A DNA stretch of 64,000 bases from Prochlorococcus sp. AG-402-L18 (GTDB lineage: Bacteria > Cyanobacteriota > Cyanobacteriia > PCC-6307 > Cyanobiaceae): NCBI GenBank assembly GCA_003216725.1, contig QCIL01000004.1, positions 26,392-90,391 of the forward strand, in the 5' to 3' direction. Positions 1 through 9,545 of this stretch are shown in pieces. Numbering within the stretch: position 1 is the first letter of the stretch; every line of letters starts with the position of its first letter. The notes beneath the pieces are model-generated. The model was not told the DNA's origin. It made no database searches and was given only the letters and a program-made list of their open reading frames with translations. The position numbers and the translations under genes were made by a program.

Positions 1-808
1 GACCTTCTTCTTTTGCTAATCTAAGAGCCATCTCGATTGACTCGTCATTTGTTACCTGTTCAACCTTATCAACAATTGATAAGTCAAGATTCTTAGGAAT
101 AAATCCTGCTCCGATACCTTGAATTTTATGTGGCCCAGATTTAACCTCTTCTCCATTCATTGTCTGTGTAATTACAGGACTATGTGAGGGTTCTACAGCT
201 ACAGAAGTAATATTTTTACCCTTCTCTTGCTTAATGTATCTTGAAACTCCTGTAATTGTGCCGCCAGTTCCAACCCCTGCAACTAAAACATCAATTTCAC
301 CATCGCAATCATCCCAGATTTCTGGTCCAGTAGTTTTGAAATGAATTTCAGGGTTTGCTGGATTATCAAATTGACCTGGCATGAAATATTGAGAAGGATT
401 ACTTTCTGCAATTTCTTTAGCCTTAGCTATTGCTCCAGGCATACCTTTAGATGCCTCTGTTAAAACAATTTCAGCACCCAACACTGCCATAACCCTTCTT
501 CTTTCAATTGACATGGATTCTGGCATTGTAAGGATTAGTTTATAACCTCTTGCTGAAGCAGTAAAAGCTAAAGCAATTCCTGTATTTCCAGAAGTTGGCT
601 CAACAATTGTTTTGTCTTTTGTAAGCTTCCCACTTTTCTCTGCATCCCATATCATGTTTGCGCCGATCCTACATTTGACACTGTAGGCAGGATTTCTACC
701 TTCAATTTTTGCAAGTACTGTAGCTTTAGCGTTTTTAGTAACTGATTTTAATTTTACTAATGGAGTGTTTCCAATAGCAAAACTGTTGTCCTCATAAATT
801 TTTGCCAT
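1..808 (-). CDS. cysK: Cysteine synthase A / O-acetylserine (thiol)-lyase, 3' end runs off the window
   Basis: Not in the ORF track. Manual translation from ATG at 808 gives [20 protein letters not shown]...[16 protein letters not shown] (PLP lysine), EPTSGNTG and GVGTGGT motifs. Confidence 0.95.
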   Translation of the reverse strand, partial: MAKIYEDNSFAIGNTPLVKLKSVTKNAKATVLAKIEGRNPAYSVKCRIGANMIWDAEKSGKLTKDKTIVEPTSGNTGIALAFTASARGYKLILTMPESMSIERRRVMAVLGAEIVLTEASKGMPGAIAKAKEIAESNPSQYFMPGQFDNPANPEIHFKTTGPEIWDDCDGEIDVLVAGVGTGGTITGVSRYIKQEKGKNITSVAVEPSHSPVITQTMNGEEVKSGPHKIQGIGAGFIPKNLDLSIVDKVEQVTNDESIEMALRLAKEEG

Positions 809-891
809 TTATATATTGAGAAAATATATTTTAATACTAACTATTATTCAGAAAAAAGTATATAAGTTTCTATACGGTAAATACTAGGAAT

Positions 892-2361
892 TTATAAATT
901 ATTTAGTGCTTCAGAAAAGGTTTTCCATAATTGATCTTGGTCTTCCAATCCAACTGATACTCTAATAAGGTGCGAAGGTATACCAAAACTTTCAGCCCAA
1001 TCCAATTCTTCATAATGAGCTAGCAAAACATAAGGACAAACTAGAGTAAATTTTGTACCTAAACTAGGTCCTTTAGATACTTGCAGAGAATCATAAAAAA
1101 TTTTAGCTTTTTTCAATCCTCCATTTAATTCAAACGATAATAAGCAGCCGTATCCCCCGTCAGAAGTAAGTAAAGAATTAAAATTTGGACAATTTTCAGG
1201 ATGGAAAATATTTTTAATCGCGCTATGTGTCTCTAATCTTTTTTTTAATTCTAAACATGCCTTATTTTGTTCAAAAACTCTTTGATTTACATCTCTACTA
1301 ACTTTTTCTAGATAAACTATATCTCCATCGGAAAGTATTGGAAGATTAATCTCTTTTAATGCTTTTCTAAACTGATCAATCCATTTGCTTTTTGGATTTA
1401 GTATTAATGATCCGGCAAGAATATCACCACTACCTGAAAAAATTTTCGTAAGTGAAGTAAAAACTATATCTGCATGTTCTAGGGAATTTATATTTAAATT
1501 TGAACCAATTGTATCATCAACAATTAAGGGGATATTTAACTTTTTTGCTATTTTTGAAATTTTTTTAATGTTTACACATTTGAGCATTGGATTACTTGGT
1601 AATTCAATAATTAATGCTGATGGATTTATTCTTTTGATTTCTGATTCAATATCCACGCAATTTTCTTCTGTAATTAACTTGGCTCCATGAAAAATATTCA
1701 TTGGTAATTTAAGTACATCTACATATGGAAAACCAATTTGGAGTGTTGGTTTAGTTGGAAATAATTTATATATGATTTCTAATGATGTATGCAATCCAGA
1801 CATTCCTGATGAAGTTAAGTGAATATCATTAGAACTAATTTTTGTAGATTTAGAAATTCTATTTTTTATTCTTTGAGAACATTCATTTACGTAAGATTTT
1901 GGAGGGCAATCTTCAAGACCTAGTTCTATTGCAGCAGTTCTTGAAGATATACCAAGACCAGTATGTTGCCAAAAATATTTTGCATAAATACTTCCTTCTT
2001 TTTCAGTTAGTAAGAAAGCTAAATTATTTCTTTTTTCTATTAATGAAAATTGTTCAGAAGTATTTCTATCAATGTATTTTTTAGCTTTAAAAGCTATGCT
2101 TTCATTCGGATATGGCCAGATACTTTTATTGTTGTAATAATTTTCCTTTTTTACTTTTTCGCATAATCTTTTCACTATTGGGTTTAGCCCGAACCTTGGG
2201 TAAATGGATTTTAATAATTTCATGCATTCTGGATTCTTTTCCTCATAATTTATTACATCATTCCAAGTTGGTAATGCTACAGAAACGGCATGCATACTAT
2301 CAGGAATTGCATGTCCCAACTCTAAATTTTTCCATATAGGGTTTTTAAGTAAATCTCTCAA
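892..2361 (-). CDS. PLP-dependent Cys/Met metabolism enzyme, long-form cystathionine gamma-synthase-like
   Basis: SSGMSG, ELPSNP, VDDT, SLTKIFSG (PLP Lys), GPSLG and LIRVSVGLE motifs; N-terminal extension LGHAIPDSMHAVSVALPTW. Confidence 0.8.
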   Translation of the reverse strand: MRDLLKNPIWKNLELGHAIPDSMHAVSVALPTWNDVINYEEKNPECMKLLKSIYPRFGLNPIVKRLCEKVKKENYYNNKSIWPYPNESIAFKAKKYIDRNTSEQFSLIEKRNNLAFLLTEKEGSIYAKYFWQHTGLGISSRTAAIELGLEDCPPKSYVNECSQRIKNRISKSTKISSNDIHLTSSGMSGLHTSLEIIYKLFPTKPTLQIGFPYVDVLKLPMNIFHGAKLITEENCVDIESEIKRINPSALIIELPSNPMLKCVNIKKISKIAKKLNIPLIVDDTIGSNLNINSLEHADIVFTSLTKIFSGSGDILAGSLILNPKSKWIDQFRKALKEINLPILSDGDIVYLEKVSRDVNQRVFEQNKACLELKKRLETHSAIKNIFHPENCPNFNSLLTSDGGYGCLLSFELNGGLKKAKIFYDSLQVSKGPSLGTKFTLVCPYVLLAHYEELDWAESFGIPSHLIRVSVGLEDQDQLWKTFSEALNNL

Positions 2362-2364
2362 TTT

Positions 2365-3528
2365 TCAAAACTTATTTAAAGCAAATAAAATGTCCGAGAT
2401 TAAATCGTTTGTATCTTCACATCCAATTGATAATCTGACAAGAGCATCATCTATCCCAAGAAGATTTTTTGTTTGCTCATCAACGGAAGCATGAGTCATT
2501 GTTGCAGGGTGACAAATTAAACTTTCAACTCCTCCAAGGCTTTCTGCTAGCGAGAAATATTTGAGAGATTTGCAAAATTTAAAGGTATCCTGTTTATTTA
2601 AATTTAATTTCAGAGTGATCATCGAACCTCCAGATTGCATTTGTGATTTTGCTAAATTAAATTGCGGATGTTCTTGATTAAAAGGGTAAATTACTTTATT
2701 AATTATTTTATGATTTTCTAATTCTTCAGAAATAAATGCTGCACTTTGAGTTTGTTGTTCGATTCTTAAAGGAAGAGTTTTTACTCCTCTCGTAATGAGC
2801 CAACTATCAAAAGGAGATGGTTGAAGCCCGAGAGCTTTTTGAGAGAAAAGCATCTTATTATTCCATACCTCATTATTTGTCAGTACTGCTCCACCAAGTG
2901 CGTCACTATGTCCATTAATGAATTTTGTTGTGCTTACAAGCGATAGTGTTGCACCAAGGTCTAATGGTTTTTGAATAAGTGCTGTAGAGAAGGTGTTGTC
3001 TACAACTACTGATAACTTGAGTTTATTTGCTTCATCACAAATAGCCTTAATATCAAGAACTTTCAAAAGTGGATTAGTTGGACTCTCAAGCCATATCAAG
3101 GTTGGCTCGAGGTTTGAAATCTTTTTGATATTATTTTTATTTGTAAAATCTGTGTATAAAACTTCTAGTCCAAATTTCTTGAAAATTTTTTCAAACATCC
3201 TCACTGTACAACCATAGAGATTTGACTCGCAGAGTATCTTGTCTCCTGATTTTAGTGTCGATGCAATTGCAGTTACCGCGCTAATTCCGGATCCAAAAAC
3301 CGTACAGTATTTAGAATCTTCTATTGATTTAAGTATGTTTTCTAGAATTCTAAAGTTTGGATTGCCTGATCTGGTGTAGTCGAAATTATCTTTATTTCCA
3401 TGTTTAAAAGTAGATGTAGAAAAAATAGGAGGCATAACACATCCAGTATCTTCTGCAAAAGTTTCTCCATGGTGAATAGATAAGGTCTTAACACCAGGCT
3501 TTTTAATATTATTTTTCTTATTTCCCAT
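2365..3528 (-). CDS. metB: Cystathionine gamma-synthase / lyase (transsulfuration family)
   Basis: DYTRSGNP, WLESPTNP, VDNTF, STTKFINGHSD, AESLGGVESL and RLSIGCE motifs. Exact specificity (MetB, MetC or gamma-lyase) cannot be resolved by eye. Confidence 0.8.
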   Translation of the reverse strand: MGNKKNNIKKPGVKTLSIHHGETFAEDTGCVMPPIFSTSTFKHGNKDNFDYTRSGNPNFRILENILKSIEDSKYCTVFGSGISAVTAIASTLKSGDKILCESNLYGCTVRMFEKIFKKFGLEVLYTDFTNKNNIKKISNLEPTLIWLESPTNPLLKVLDIKAICDEANKLKLSVVVDNTFSTALIQKPLDLGATLSLVSTTKFINGHSDALGGAVLTNNEVWNNKMLFSQKALGLQPSPFDSWLITRGVKTLPLRIEQQTQSAAFISEELENHKIINKVIYPFNQEHPQFNLAKSQMQSGGSMITLKLNLNKQDTFKFCKSLKYFSLAESLGGVESLICHPATMTHASVDEQTKNLLGIDDALVRLSIGCEDTNDLISDILFALNKF

Positions 3529-3605
3529 TATTTTTAAAAATAAGAATTAAGTAAAATCTCTCATTTTTTTTAATAAGAGATTTAATAATCCAAAGAAAAG
3601 TTTTA

Positions 3606-4214
3606 TTAAACTTTTCTTGAATAATATTCAACAACTAGTAGTTCGTTTATTTCAAGAGCCACCCACTCTCTATCGCATTTCCCAGTTATTTTCCCAGTTA
3701 ATTTAGGTTTGTCTAAATCAAGATGAGGGGGGACATTTGCTAATCCAGGAAACTCTATATTACCTTCTACAAGTTTTTTGCTTGCTTTGCTTTCTTTAAT
3801 TCCGATTACATCGCCTGCTTTGCATTGATAACCAGCAATATCAAGAACCTTACCATTAACAGTTACATGGCCATGATTTACTAATTGTCTTGAGCCTGGA
3901 ATAGTACCTCCAAAACCTAATCTAAAACAAACATTATCTAGTCTGTTTTCTAAAAGTCTTAGCAGGTTAGTTCCTGTAGATCCTTCTTGAGCTCTTGCTT
4001 TTTTTACATAACGTACTAGTTGTCTTTCAGAAACTCCATAATTAAATCTAAGTTTCTGCTTTTCTTCTAAACGAATTGCATATTCTGATCGCTTGCGACG
4101 GGCTTGGCCGTGCTGACCTGGAGGATTAGACTTCTTTGAAGCCTTCCTGGTGAGACCTGGTAGTTCTCCCAAGCGACGCGTAACCCTTAATCTGGGGCCG
4201 CGGTATCTTGACAT
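3606..4214 (-). CDS. rpsD: 30S ribosomal protein S4
   Basis: [21 protein letters not shown]; LENRLDN...RQLVNHGH S4 domain. Start moved to the ATG at 4214 (202 aa). Confidence 0.98.
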   Translation of the reverse strand: MSRYRGPRLRVTRRLGELPGLTRKASKKSNPPGQHGQARRKRSEYAIRLEEKQKLRFNYGVSERQLVRYVKKARAQEGSTGTNLLRLLENRLDNVCFRLGFGGTIPGSRQLVNHGHVTVNGKVLDIAGYQCKAGDVIGIKESKASKKLVEGNIEFPGLANVPPHLDLDKPKLTGKITGKCDREWVALEINELLVVEYYSRKV

Positions 4215-4308
4215 AATTTTAAATAAAATAGAAAATTGCAATAAATTGGATAATTGATTAAATTCAATTAAACTAAATACTACTGAGTTAATATTTTACA
4301 ACATTAAA

Positions 4309-4545
4309 GTGTTCAAAACCATTAATAAATCAATTACTTCTATACTTCTTTTTTTGATTTCGTTCTATCAAAAGTGGTTTTCTCCTTTTTTTGGACCAAG
4401 ATGTAGATTTATTCCAAGTTGCAGCTCTTATGGATACGAGGCAATTACTAGACACGGTCCTTGGAAGGGAGGGTGGTTAACTTTAAGAAGATTAAGCAGA
4501 TGTCATCCTTTAACTCCCTGTGGATGCGACCCTGTGCCTGATTAA
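4309..4545 (+). CDS. yidD: Membrane protein insertion efficiency factor YidD
   Basis: CRFIPSCSSY...HGPWKGGWL...RCHP...GCDPVP signature. Confidence 0.93.
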   Translation: MFKTINKSITSILLFLISFYQKWFSPFFGPRCRFIPSCSSYGYEAITRHGPWKGGWLTLRRLSRCHPLTPCGCDPVPD

Positions 4546-4549
4546 ATGA

Positions 4550-4852
4550 ATGAAAATATTTATTTTTGTTAGGCAGGGATGTTGCCTTTGTGATTCATTA
4601 AAAAACAAACTTGCAAAAATAAATCTTAATGAGTTATTCCCCAATTTAGAGGAGCTTCAAGAAATTGATATTGATAGGGTCGACTTATATAAAGATAAAT
4701 ACAAAAAATATGATTATGAAGTACCTGTTATTGCTGTTGAAGGAATTAGATCCAAGGAAATTATAGAATTGCCTCGTATTTCTCCAAGATTAAAAGATGA
4801 TCAATTAAAGAATTGGTTTCAAAAAAATATTAATACCATTCTGAAGAAATAA
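4550..4852 (+). CDS. Glutaredoxin-like protein (DUF836 type)
   Basis: GCCLC (CxxC) near the N-terminus and YEVPV cis-Pro motif; lies between yidD and murE. Confidence 0.8.
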   Translation: MKIFIFVRQGCCLCDSLKNKLAKINLNELFPNLEELQEIDIDRVDLYKDKYKKYDYEVPVIAVEGIRSKEIIELPRISPRLKDDQLKNWFQKNINTILKK

Positions 4853-4861
4853 TTTTTTTAT

Positions 4862-6394
4862 ATGAGATCTATAAAATTACGTAAACTTTTAGATTTGGTA
4901 GGAATTATTCCTTCATTAGAATTAATCGATCATGAAATCAATAATATTTCTTTTAACTCTAAAGAAGTACAAAAAGGAACTTTATTTTTAGGTATGCCTG
5001 GTTTAAATGTTGATGGAGGAAACTATTGTATTGAGGCAATTGAAAATGGTGCAGATGCTGCCATTATTGGATCTGCTGCAAAAAAGAAAATTGGATCTAT
5101 TGATCGAGAAAGGATTTTGGTTTTAGAGGAGAATTTAGATTATATTTTTGGTCAAATAGTCGCTGAGTTTTGGAATAGACCTTCAAGAAAACTTAAACTT
5201 ATTGGAGTTACGGGTACAAATGGAAAAACGACAATTACTTTTTTATTGGAATATCTTTTAAAAAAATTAGGGAAAAAGACTGCATTATTTGGGACCTTAT
5301 TCAATAGATGGCCTGGCTTTTCTGAAGTGGCTTCACATACGACTGATTTCGCTGACAAACTTCAAAAGAAATTAAACGATGCTGTTGAGGCAGAATCTGA
5401 ATTTGCGATATTAGAGGTAAGTTCTCATTCTATTGCTCAAAACAGGATATCAGGCTGCGAATTTGAGGCGGCTATTTTTACTAATTTAACTCAAGATCAT
5501 CTTGATTATCACTCAGATATGGAATCTTATTTTCAAACAAAAAGAAAATTATTTTTCCCACCTTACTTAACAGAAAAGGATGGAATTTCTGTATTAAATC
5601 ATGATGACCCTTGGGTATTTAAATTATCATCTGATCTTGAAAAAGGATCTTCATTAGTCTCTACAAAGATTACCAATAGTGAATTTGAAAATGATGAATT
5701 TTTTTTCGTAACAGATAAAAAATTTACTGAAAGTGGCTCCACCTGTATATTTCATACACCAAAGGAAAAAATTAAACTTTTTGTTCCACTTGTTGGTGAA
5801 TTTAATTTAATGAATGCGATTCAAGCAATAACAAGTTTGTATAAACTGAATTTCTCTTTAAAAGATTTATCAAAGTTAATACAATCTTTTCCTGGTGCTC
5901 CTGGGAGAATGGAGAAAATAGAAATTAATAATGATGACGTTACAAGATCACTTCCAACAGTAATTATTGATTATGCTCATACGCCTGATGGATTAAAAAA
6001 AGTTTTGCAATCAATTAAAAAACTTTGTAAAGGTAAACTCATTACTGTTTTTGGCTGTGGAGGAGATCGAGATCGTAGTAAAAGGCCTTTAATGGGATCA
6101 ATAGCTGCAGAGTTTTCTGATCATGTGTTTATAACTTCAGATAATCCAAGATCAGAAGAACCGCAAAAGATAGTAAATGATATTTTGATGGGTATAGAAA
6201 AAAGAGAAAAAATAACAATTTATATTGATAGATTTAAAGCAATAAATGAATCTATAAAAGTTGCTAATAAAGACGATATTGTTTTAATTGCAGGAAAAGG
6301 ACATGAAGACTATCAAATTCTCAATGATAAAGTGATTGATTTTGATGATAGAAAAATAGCTCAAGAATTATTAAAAGAAAAAAGTAAATCTTAA
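4862..6394 (+). CDS. murE: UDP-N-acetylmuramoylalanyl-D-glutamate--2,6-diaminopimelate ligase
   Basis: GVTGTNGKTT, EVSSH, NLTQDHLDYH, DYAHTPD, DNPR (DAP specificity) and AGKGHE motifs. Confidence 0.97.
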   Translation: MRSIKLRKLLDLVGIIPSLELIDHEINNISFNSKEVQKGTLFLGMPGLNVDGGNYCIEAIENGADAAIIGSAAKKKIGSIDRERILVLEENLDYIFGQIVAEFWNRPSRKLKLIGVTGTNGKTTITFLLEYLLKKLGKKTALFGTLFNRWPGFSEVASHTTDFADKLQKKLNDAVEAESEFAILEVSSHSIAQNRISGCEFEAAIFTNLTQDHLDYHSDMESYFQTKRKLFFPPYLTEKDGISVLNHDDPWVFKLSSDLEKGSSLVSTKITNSEFENDEFFFVTDKKFTESGSTCIFHTPKEKIKLFVPLVGEFNLMNAIQAITSLYKLNFSLKDLSKLIQSFPGAPGRMEKIEINNDDVTRSLPTVIIDYAHTPDGLKKVLQSIKKLCKGKLITVFGCGGDRDRSKRPLMGSIAAEFSDHVFITSDNPRSEEPQKIVNDILMGIEKREKITIYIDRFKAINESIKVANKDDIVLIAGKGHEDYQILNDKVIDFDDRKIAQELLKEKSKS

Positions 6395-6478
6395 TAAAAT
6401 TTGCTTATCAAATTAGAAAGAACTTTACGCAAATTACAAGAAAAGTTTCTTAGAATCGAGTAAGTAATTTTTTATAAA

Positions 6479-7183
6479 ATGAAAGGGTTAGCCTTAATCG
6501 TAGGCGCAGGTGGAATTGGAACGCAAATAGCTAAAGATTTGAGCGAAACTGAAAAAAACTTAGATGTTTTTTTATGTGGAAGAAAAAGCGAATTTAATTC
6601 TTTTTGGGAATTAGATATTGAGGATTCTCAATCACTTTTGCAGTTGAAAAATAAAATAGCAAATCATCCTTCAAAATTAAGACTAGTCATTAACGCTACA
6701 GGGAGACTTCATAGTGATTCTCTTCAACCAGAAAAAAGATTGCAACATCTTGATAAAAAAAATATGATGGAAAGTTTTTCAATAAATGCCTTTTCTCCTA
6801 TTTTATTAGCTAAAACTATTGAAGAATTTATACCAAAAGATATTGATTTTAATTTTGCAAGTATAAGTGCAAGAGTGGGAAGCATTGGAGATAATAAAAC
6901 TGGAGGTTGGTATTCATATAGAGCTGCAAAATCTGCCCAGAATCAGTTTTTTAAATCTTTAAGTGTTGAGTGGGCCAGACGTTTTCCAAAGGCTACTATT
7001 ACATTGCTTCATCCAGGAACAGTAGACACTGGTTTATCAAGACCTTTTCATAAATTTGTTCCAGAACATAAATTATTTAGTAAAGAAAAATCATCCCAAT
7101 TTTTAATCAATATTATTAAAAATCAAACTCCAGCATCTACTGGAAAATTTATTGCATGGGACAGTTCGGAGATACCTTGGTGA
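6479..7183 (+). CDS. Short-chain dehydrogenase/reductase, C-factor (CsgA)-like
   Basis: GAGGIG Rossmann motif, SARVGSIGDN..GGWYSYRAAK (YxxxK) and LHPGTVDT. Confidence 0.88.
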   Translation: MKGLALIVGAGGIGTQIAKDLSETEKNLDVFLCGRKSEFNSFWELDIEDSQSLLQLKNKIANHPSKLRLVINATGRLHSDSLQPEKRLQHLDKKNMMESFSINAFSPILLAKTIEEFIPKDIDFNFASISARVGSIGDNKTGGWYSYRAAKSAQNQFFKSLSVEWARRFPKATITLLHPGTVDTGLSRPFHKFVPEHKLFSKEKSSQFLINIIKNQTPASTGKFIAWDSSEIPW

Positions 7184-7213
7184 ACTAAATTTTATCTTTA
7201 TATCAATAGATCT

Positions 7214-8389
7214 TTAAGTTAATATTTTTTTTATTTCTTTAGAAAGTAAATCAATCTCAGCTTCTGTAGTCATTTGATGTACGCATGCTCTAAACCATTT
7301 TGGATCTTCTAAAACTCTAATCCAAATTTTCTTTTCTCCAAGTTTCTTCACAAATTTATCCTTATCTTCAATATTTTCGATGTTAAAACTAACTATCCCA
7401 TTTAAATATTTTTTTTCTAAAACTAATTCAACTCCGTTTAATTGATTTAATTTATCCCAAAGTTTCTCACTTAATCTTTTTATTTTTTTGCTTTTTTCTT
7501 TTTCATGGCAGTCTTTATCCAAAAGATCTAAAGAAGTCCGAAGACCTGCAAGTAAAGGTATACAAGAGGTAGCTACTTCAAACTTCCTTGCATCATCATG
7601 AAAAATATTATCTGAAGGCTCATAAATGCCTTGTTCTTTTTTTAATGATTTCCAACCAATTATTGTTGGATCTGTTTCATAAATAAATCTATCTGAGACA
7701 TAAATTGCTCCAAGTCCTTCTGGTCCACATGCCCATTTATGAGAAGTTATTGAATATAAATCAGAATAAAAGACTTCTTTTTCAATTTTTATGTGCCCAA
7801 AGGTTTGAGCACCATCAACAAGTAAATAAGAATTTTCTCGATTTTTTTTTAGTTCGATAGAAATTTGTTTTAAAGGAATTTTATATCCAAAGTTCCATAA
7901 AATATGAGAAATAATGAGGATCTTAGTCTTACTATTTAGATTTTTTAAAATTTCTAAAATTATATTTTCGTCGTTTAGATTTTTAATTTTTTGGATTGGT
8001 AAAATTTTGAATATTAATTTATTTCTTCTGCAAAATTCTCGACTTGCAGCCACTACTCCAGGATGTTCACAGTCACTTATTAATAACTCTTCTCCCTCTT
8101 CTACTTTTATTCCCCATAATGGCAAAATCAGACCGGAAGAAATATTTTCGGATAAAGCTACATTCTTTGAATTAACACCTAATTTTTGCGCAATAATTCT
8201 TTTCGTGGTCAATATTTCTCTATAGATAAAAGGCCACATATCATCGGTAAATGGTCCTAAATCTTGAATTATTTCCCAAGTTTTAACTATAGCTTTTAGC
8301 GAAGATTTAGGTAATGGTCCTTGACCTCCGTAGTTGAAATAATATTTATTTTTTAATGCCGGTATTTGGTTTCTTAAATCATTTCTCAT
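7214..8389 (-). CDS. L-cysteine/cystine lyase (class V PLP aminotransferase, C-DES-like)
   Basis: YFNYGGQGP, DCEHPG, SHILWN, VDGAQ and SHKWACGPEG motifs. Confidence 0.85.
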   Translation of the reverse strand: MRNDLRNQIPALKNKYYFNYGGQGPLPKSSLKAIVKTWEIIQDLGPFTDDMWPFIYREILTTKRIIAQKLGVNSKNVALSENISSGLILPLWGIKVEEGEELLISDCEHPGVVAASREFCRRNKLIFKILPIQKIKNLNDENIILEILKNLNSKTKILIISHILWNFGYKIPLKQISIELKKNRENSYLLVDGAQTFGHIKIEKEVFYSDLYSITSHKWACGPEGLGAIYVSDRFIYETDPTIIGWKSLKKEQGIYEPSDNIFHDDARKFEVATSCIPLLAGLRTSLDLLDKDCHEKEKSKKIKRLSEKLWDKLNQLNGVELVLEKKYLNGIVSFNIENIEDKDKFVKKLGEKKIWIRVLEDPKWFRACVHQMTTEAEIDLLSKEIKKILT

Positions 8390-8421
8390 GGAAAAATTAA
8401 GTTAGTTAACTCATGAATTTT

Positions 8422-9216
8422 TTAAATATTTGCAACTAAAGTTACTGTTCTAAATTCAATATCTTCAATAACTTTCCAAGGTTCATCACTCCTTTCTGCA
8501 AATTCTAAATTTTTAAAACCAAGTTCTTTAAAATCACTTATAAAATCTGGCTCATACCATGCTCCACTAACACATCCTGTCCATAGATCATGATCATTTT
8601 GCAATCTTAAAGGGACTTTTTTGTTAGAGACAATATCGCTAATTGCAATTCTTCCATTATCATTTAAAACTCTTTTTATATTTCTTAGAAGGTTATTTCT
8701 AGATTCTTGACTTACCAAGTTTAAAACGCAATTACTTAAAATAATATCAACTGATTTGTCAGCGATTAATGGATTTAAATCTTTATCTAATTCGTCAAGA
8801 TTTTCTATTGATCCTTCAAGAAATTCTGTATTATTGAAACCTATATTTTTTGTAACTTCTTTAGAGGCTGATCTAGATAGAGAAAGCATTTCAGGATTCT
8901 GGTCAACTCCAATAACTCGCCCTTCTTTTCCAACAATTTGGGCACAAATAAAAGCATTTTTGCCGCTACCACTTCCAAGATCTAAGACAATATCATTTTT
9001 TTTAACATATTTTGTTGGATCACCACATCCATAGTCTCTTTCTATAACCTCTTGAGGAATTGCTTCCAGTAAAACGGGATTAAAACCAACTGGTGTACAA
9101 AGACAAGTTTCTTTTTCTAGTGCGGCTGACCCATATCTTTCTTGAATCGCATCTTTATGATCGAATTGATTAGGTGCTTTATTCGATGGGTTTGTATTAC
9201 AGCAACTTTCAGACAT
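8422..9216 (-). CDS. arsM: SAM-dependent methyltransferase, arsenite methyltransferase (ArsM)-like
   Basis: LDLGSGSG SAM motif; YGCGDP, SNCVLNL and WTGCVSGA cysteine motifs. Start set to ATG 9216 because the 9249 start lies in the terminator tail of the upstream gene. Confidence 0.7.
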   Translation of the reverse strand: MSESCCNTNPSNKAPNQFDHKDAIQERYGSAALEKETCLCTPVGFNPVLLEAIPQEVIERDYGCGDPTKYVKKNDIVLDLGSGSGKNAFICAQIVGKEGRVIGVDQNPEMLSLSRSASKEVTKNIGFNNTEFLEGSIENLDELDKDLNPLIADKSVDIILSNCVLNLVSQESRNNLLRNIKRVLNDNGRIAISDIVSNKKVPLRLQNDHDLWTGCVSGAWYEPDFISDFKELGFKNLEFAERSDEPWKVIEDIEFRTVTLVANI

Positions 9217-9247
9217 ATTTTTAAAAGGACTCTTGATAAATATAGCC

Positions 9248-9273
9248 AAAAAAAAAGCCCCTGAAAAAGGGGC
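9248..9273 (-). terminator. Rho-independent terminator of the DUF4278 gene
   Basis: GCCCC-7 nt loop-GGGGC hairpin (9257-9273) followed on the minus strand by nine U, about 20 nt after the stop codon. Confidence 0.85.
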
Positions 9274-9292
9274 ATGTTCTTTTAAAATTAAA

Positions 9293-9466
9293 TTATTTAG
9301 TGTAATTTACACCTCTGTAATTTAATTCTGCTTTTTCATTACTTGAAGAAGCGTCATCCATTCTGTTGGTGTATACGTTTCTTCTATAGGTAAGTTCAAC
9401 AAGTTGCTTTTTAACAGCTTCTTTGTTTTGAACGTAGTTTTTACCTCTGTAAGTTAAAGTAGTCAT
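9293..9466 (-). CDS. DUF4278 family small protein (57 aa)
   Basis: MTTLTYRGKNY...LTYRRNVY...LNYRGVNYTK with repeated L-x-YRG motifs; lies directly downstream of a glutamine riboswitch. Confidence 0.85.
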   Translation of the reverse strand: MTTLTYRGKNYVQNKEAVKKQLVELTYRRNVYTNRMDDASSSNEKAELNYRGVNYTK

Positions 9467-9485
9467 GATTCGATGTGACAACACG

Positions 9486-9540
9486 GCCATCCCCCGTTCC
9501 ATGGTATGACTCGAACTGCGCCCTCAAATGAGGGTGAACG
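9486..9540 (-). ncRNA. Glutamine-II (Downstream-peptide) riboswitch
   Basis: Minus strand CGUUCA-CCCUCAUUUGAGGG-CGCAGUUCGAGUCAUACCAUGGAACG-GGGGAUGGC. P1 is CGUUC/GAACG, P2 is a CCCUCA/UGAGGG hairpin, and GUCAU/AUGGC can form a pseudoknot. GC-rich island in AT-rich DNA. Confidence 0.88.
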
Positions 9541-9545
9541 AAAAA

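Noticed and set aside
3554-3583. AAATCTCT/AGAGATTT inverted repeat downstream of rpsD
   Set aside because: Weak AT-rich stem with a long loop; it may be a terminator but is not well enough supported to call.
9217-9249. Longer start for the ArsM-like gene at 9249
   Set aside because: The TTG falls in the U-tail of the upstream terminator; ATG 9216 is more plausible.
9467-9502. N-terminal extension of DUF4278 from the ATG at 9502
   Set aside because: That ATG lies inside the riboswitch aptamer; the family-like sequence starts at MTTLTYRG (9466).
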